Under the pieces are notes generated by a model. It was not told the DNA's origin and searched no databases. It saw only the letters and a list, made by a program, of their open reading frames with translations. 64,000 nt of DNA. Source: Methanobacteriota archaeon (GTDB taxonomy: Archaea > Halobacteriota > Bog-38 > Methanoflorentales > Methanoflorentaceae). How positions within the stretch are numbered: position 1 is the first letter of the stretch; the number at the start of each line of letters is the position of its first letter. Location of the stretch: the NCBI GenBank assembly GCA_963720465.1, contig OY970393.1, positions 832,001 to 896,000 on the forward strand, written 5' to 3'. This document shows positions 61,579 to 64,000 of the stretch, one piece after another. The position numbers and the translations under genes were made by a program.

Positions 61579-61926
61579 GGAGCTCAAACTGCGTCGGCTT
61601 TCTCAAGCACGAGGCACGCCAGACAAAAGACCTTTTTTTCAGTTGGGCGGCTTTTTGCACGGAACGCCTCAGCATAGACAAAGGAGCACTTCGTTCTCGG
61701 CGTGGCGACATGCGTACTCGACGAATCCTTAGGAACGCCGTAGCCAGAACCGTTCCGATGCACTCGCCCAGGCGCGAACAGTCTGGCTACGCGATGAGAC
61801 CTTGACCCTTAACGTGCGTTTAAGCTGGAGTAATCTGTCATTGTGTCAATCAAGCCGATGGCGAAAACGATTTTAAGACGTGCAAAGTTGCCTTTTTCCG
61901 TTATTTTTTAGTCATCCACGGTTGAA

Positions 61927-62082
61927 ATGGCAATGAGAAAGGTAAATAAAGGCTACTTGCGATATTTTGGCGATACGAAAAAGGGAAAACTCTTTAATAA
62001 TGAGATCGATATTCTTGCGCTTTTGATCATCCTCGTATTTATCGGTACTACGACCACTTATGCGGGCAAGGAAGAAGAATGA
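61927..62082 (+). pseudogene. short TM ORF, possible internally deleted Mo/W ABC permease remnant
   Basis: MAMRKVNKGYLRYFGDTKKGKLFNNEIDILALLIILVFIG...*; its stop overlaps (ATGA) the ABC ATPase start. Confidence 0.35.
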
Positions 62083-63167
62083 CATCCGTGGCGGTTGAGC
62101 GAGCATACGCACGCCTAGGTGATTTCAGACTGCAGGATATCAGCGTCAGCGTCGAAAGTGGTGAATTCTTTGTCATTCTTGGTCCCAGTGGCGCTGGGAA
62201 AACGGTCTTGCTCGATCTGATCGCAGGATTTATTTATCCACGACAGGGGCGGGTGCTCCTCGACGGAACAGACATATCTTTTTTACCGACAGAGAGGCGG
62301 CATATCGGCTACATGTTCCAAAACTATGCGCTGTTCCCAAACATGAGCGTGTACAAGAACATCAAATTCGGTCTGAGGTATACGAAGCTGGCCGATTACG
62401 GACGAAGAATCGAGGATATCATGGAACTGGTGGGGATTGCTAAGCTCAGAGACCGAACCCCTACCACGCTGAGCGGTGGAGAGCAGCAACGAGTGGCTCT
62501 CGCTCGATCCTTGATTCTTGAGCCGAACGTTCTCCTTCTCGATGAGCCCCTGAGCGCTCTCGACAGTCGGTCACGAGATTTGCTTCGCGAAGAACTGCGA
62601 GATGTGATTGACCGGTTTGAGATTACGGCCTTATTCGTGACCCATGACCAGACAGAAGCCCGGTTGTTAGCAGACCGGCTCGGGGTTATGTATGATGGCC
62701 GGCTCATACAAACCGGTTCGGTGCATGAAGTCTTTGACAAACCGGACGATAAACGGGTTGCCTCGTTTGTTGGGATGGAGAACCTTTTTGAAGGTGTGGT
62801 TGTTTCTCAGAAAGGCGGAATTATTACCGCCGACATTGGCAATGCTACTATTGAAGCCGTCGCAAACGATGAAAGAGGCGACAGGGTCGTTTTAGGGATC
62901 AGACCGGAAAACATTACCGTGATGCTCGAACAGGTTGTCAGCAGCGCGCGGAACACTTTCAACGGCACGGTCAAGCAGATATTCTATCTCGGACCTATCA
63001 ACAAGGTGATTATCGACTGCGGGTTTATGCTAGCTGCGTACGTCACAAACATCTCAACGGAAACGCTCAGACTCGATAAAGGCAGCGAAGTTAGCGTCGC
63101 TTTCAAAGCAACGGGAGTAAACGTGATCAGCAAAGGACAGCGAAGTCGCAAAACTATGCCGCGCTAA
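62079..63167 (+). CDS. molybdate/tungstate ABC ATP-binding protein (WtpC/ModC-like, TOBE domains)
   Basis: GPSGAGKT, FQNYALFP, LSGGEQQRVALAR, DEP, VTHD; SSARN and FKATGV TOBE motifs. Confidence 0.9.
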   Translation: MTSVAVERAYARLGDFRLQDISVSVESGEFFVILGPSGAGKTVLLDLIAGFIYPRQGRVLLDGTDISFLPTERRHIGYMFQNYALFPNMSVYKNIKFGLRYTKLADYGRRIEDIMELVGIAKLRDRTPTTLSGGEQQRVALARSLILEPNVLLLDEPLSALDSRSRDLLREELRDVIDRFEITALFVTHDQTEARLLADRLGVMYDGRLIQTGSVHEVFDKPDDKRVASFVGMENLFEGVVVSQKGGIITADIGNATIEAVANDERGDRVVLGIRPENITVMLEQVVSSARNTFNGTVKQIFYLGPINKVIIDCGFMLAAYVTNISTETLRLDKGSEVSVAFKATGVNVISKGQRSRKTMPR

Positions 63168-63595
63168 GCGCAGAAGCAGACGCACTCGTGGGCGTTCAGG
63201 CATTGATATCAGTGCATTTCGATTGTGACCGTTTACACGTCGAGCGTGGGGGGTAAAACCCTTTTCTTTGGCATCGGTTTTTTGCTGTGATTTCAGTCTT
63301 TACTCGGCAAGTCATTATGTGCTCTGTAACGTCTTTAAACGTTAGAAAATTCTGATTTTTTTATAAAAAAATATAAAGAACGGCGCTGCGTTGAGATCGC
63401 GCAGTCGGGTTTATATAGCGCTGCTAGACTACCCTTTTTTTAGAGATTGTGCTGTCACGGAGATAACCAGTCAAGAACTTATTGCGAACGTTGTGTGAGG
63501 CCCCCGCCTTCAGAAAAGTGACACTTTGATAGACCAAGACGGACCGGCCTTCAAAGCTCACCTTGAGGGACTCTGAAACACAAAGGAATTCGGCC

Positions 63596-64000
63596 ATGGG
63601 ATGTAAAACGAAACTCAATAGAGCGCTTATAAAAGCCATTGTTGAACTAGTCTGGAAAGGATTTTCCGATTCAGAGATCAGGCAGCGAATCAATGTGCCT
63701 AAGAGCACTTGGAATGACTGGAAGCGGCGCGGGGAGGCAGAAGCGCGTGGCATCTTCCACGAGTTTTCGCTCGAATTTAACCGCGCTGTGGCTTCGTTTT
63801 CCCATTCGTTGTATGAAGCCCAGATAAAAAGAGCGCAGGATGGTGACCTGGCCGCTGCGACGTTTCTCGCCGACAGGCATCCTCGCTTGAAGGATTACCG
63901 CAAAAAGACTCACGAGAAGATAGAAAGCGAGCATAGGCTAGCAACAAAAGAAGTAGGTATCGGCTTTGTCATCGCATCCAATGAAGAACTCAACAAGCGA
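63596..64000 (+). CDS. terminase small subunit-like HTH protein (partial, runs off window; not in ORF track)
   Basis: MGCKTKLNRALIKAIVELVWKGFSDSEIRQRINVPKSTWNDWKRRGEAEARGIFHEFSLEFNRAVASFSHSLYEAQIKRAQDGDLAAATFLADR... matches the G.pTKL / T...W..+G / F......A / D..AA.F.L.R pattern of viral TerS-like proteins. Confidence 0.65.
   Translation, partial: MGCKTKLNRALIKAIVELVWKGFSDSEIRQRINVPKSTWNDWKRRGEAEARGIFHEFSLEFNRAVASFSHSLYEAQIKRAQDGDLAAATFLADRHPRLKDYRKKTHEKIESEHRLATKEVGIGFVIASNEELNKR

Overview
Archaeal chromosomal window from a methanogen-lineage organism, probably Halobacteriota/Methanomicrobia-like. This is inferred from ftr, mtd, MtxX/marker protein 4, egsA, the AcnX-type phosphomevalonate dehydratase pair and the eIF2g-PIN-ppa-rpoE-spt4-DUF359-rps24e-rps27ae-kae1-bud32-rdgB-rps15 superoperon. 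Most of it is housekeeping (Hef, pyrE, CopA, glyS, proS, map, eno, RFC, apgM). No rRNA, tRNA or CRISPR array was recognised. The main anomaly is a group II chaperonin (thermosome) gene broken into two otherwise intact ORFs. The break falls in an apical-domain loop carrying an extra CxxC segment, and the second ORF has a GGAGGT RBS buried in a hairpin with the upstream stop codon, although a single missing T would also explain it. Other points of note: a HEAT-HARP / HNH-repeat / PC4-like DNA-handling gene trio; a Zn/Mn ABC operon fused behind a truncated CbiM; head-to-head egsA/DUF63 starts 10 bp apart around a palindromic RBS; a 4x96-bp coding repeat in SlyD; several small Cys-rich ORFs below the ORF-track cutoff; and a terminase-small-subunit-like gene running off the right edge. 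Family assignments come from motif recognition by eye, not database searches.
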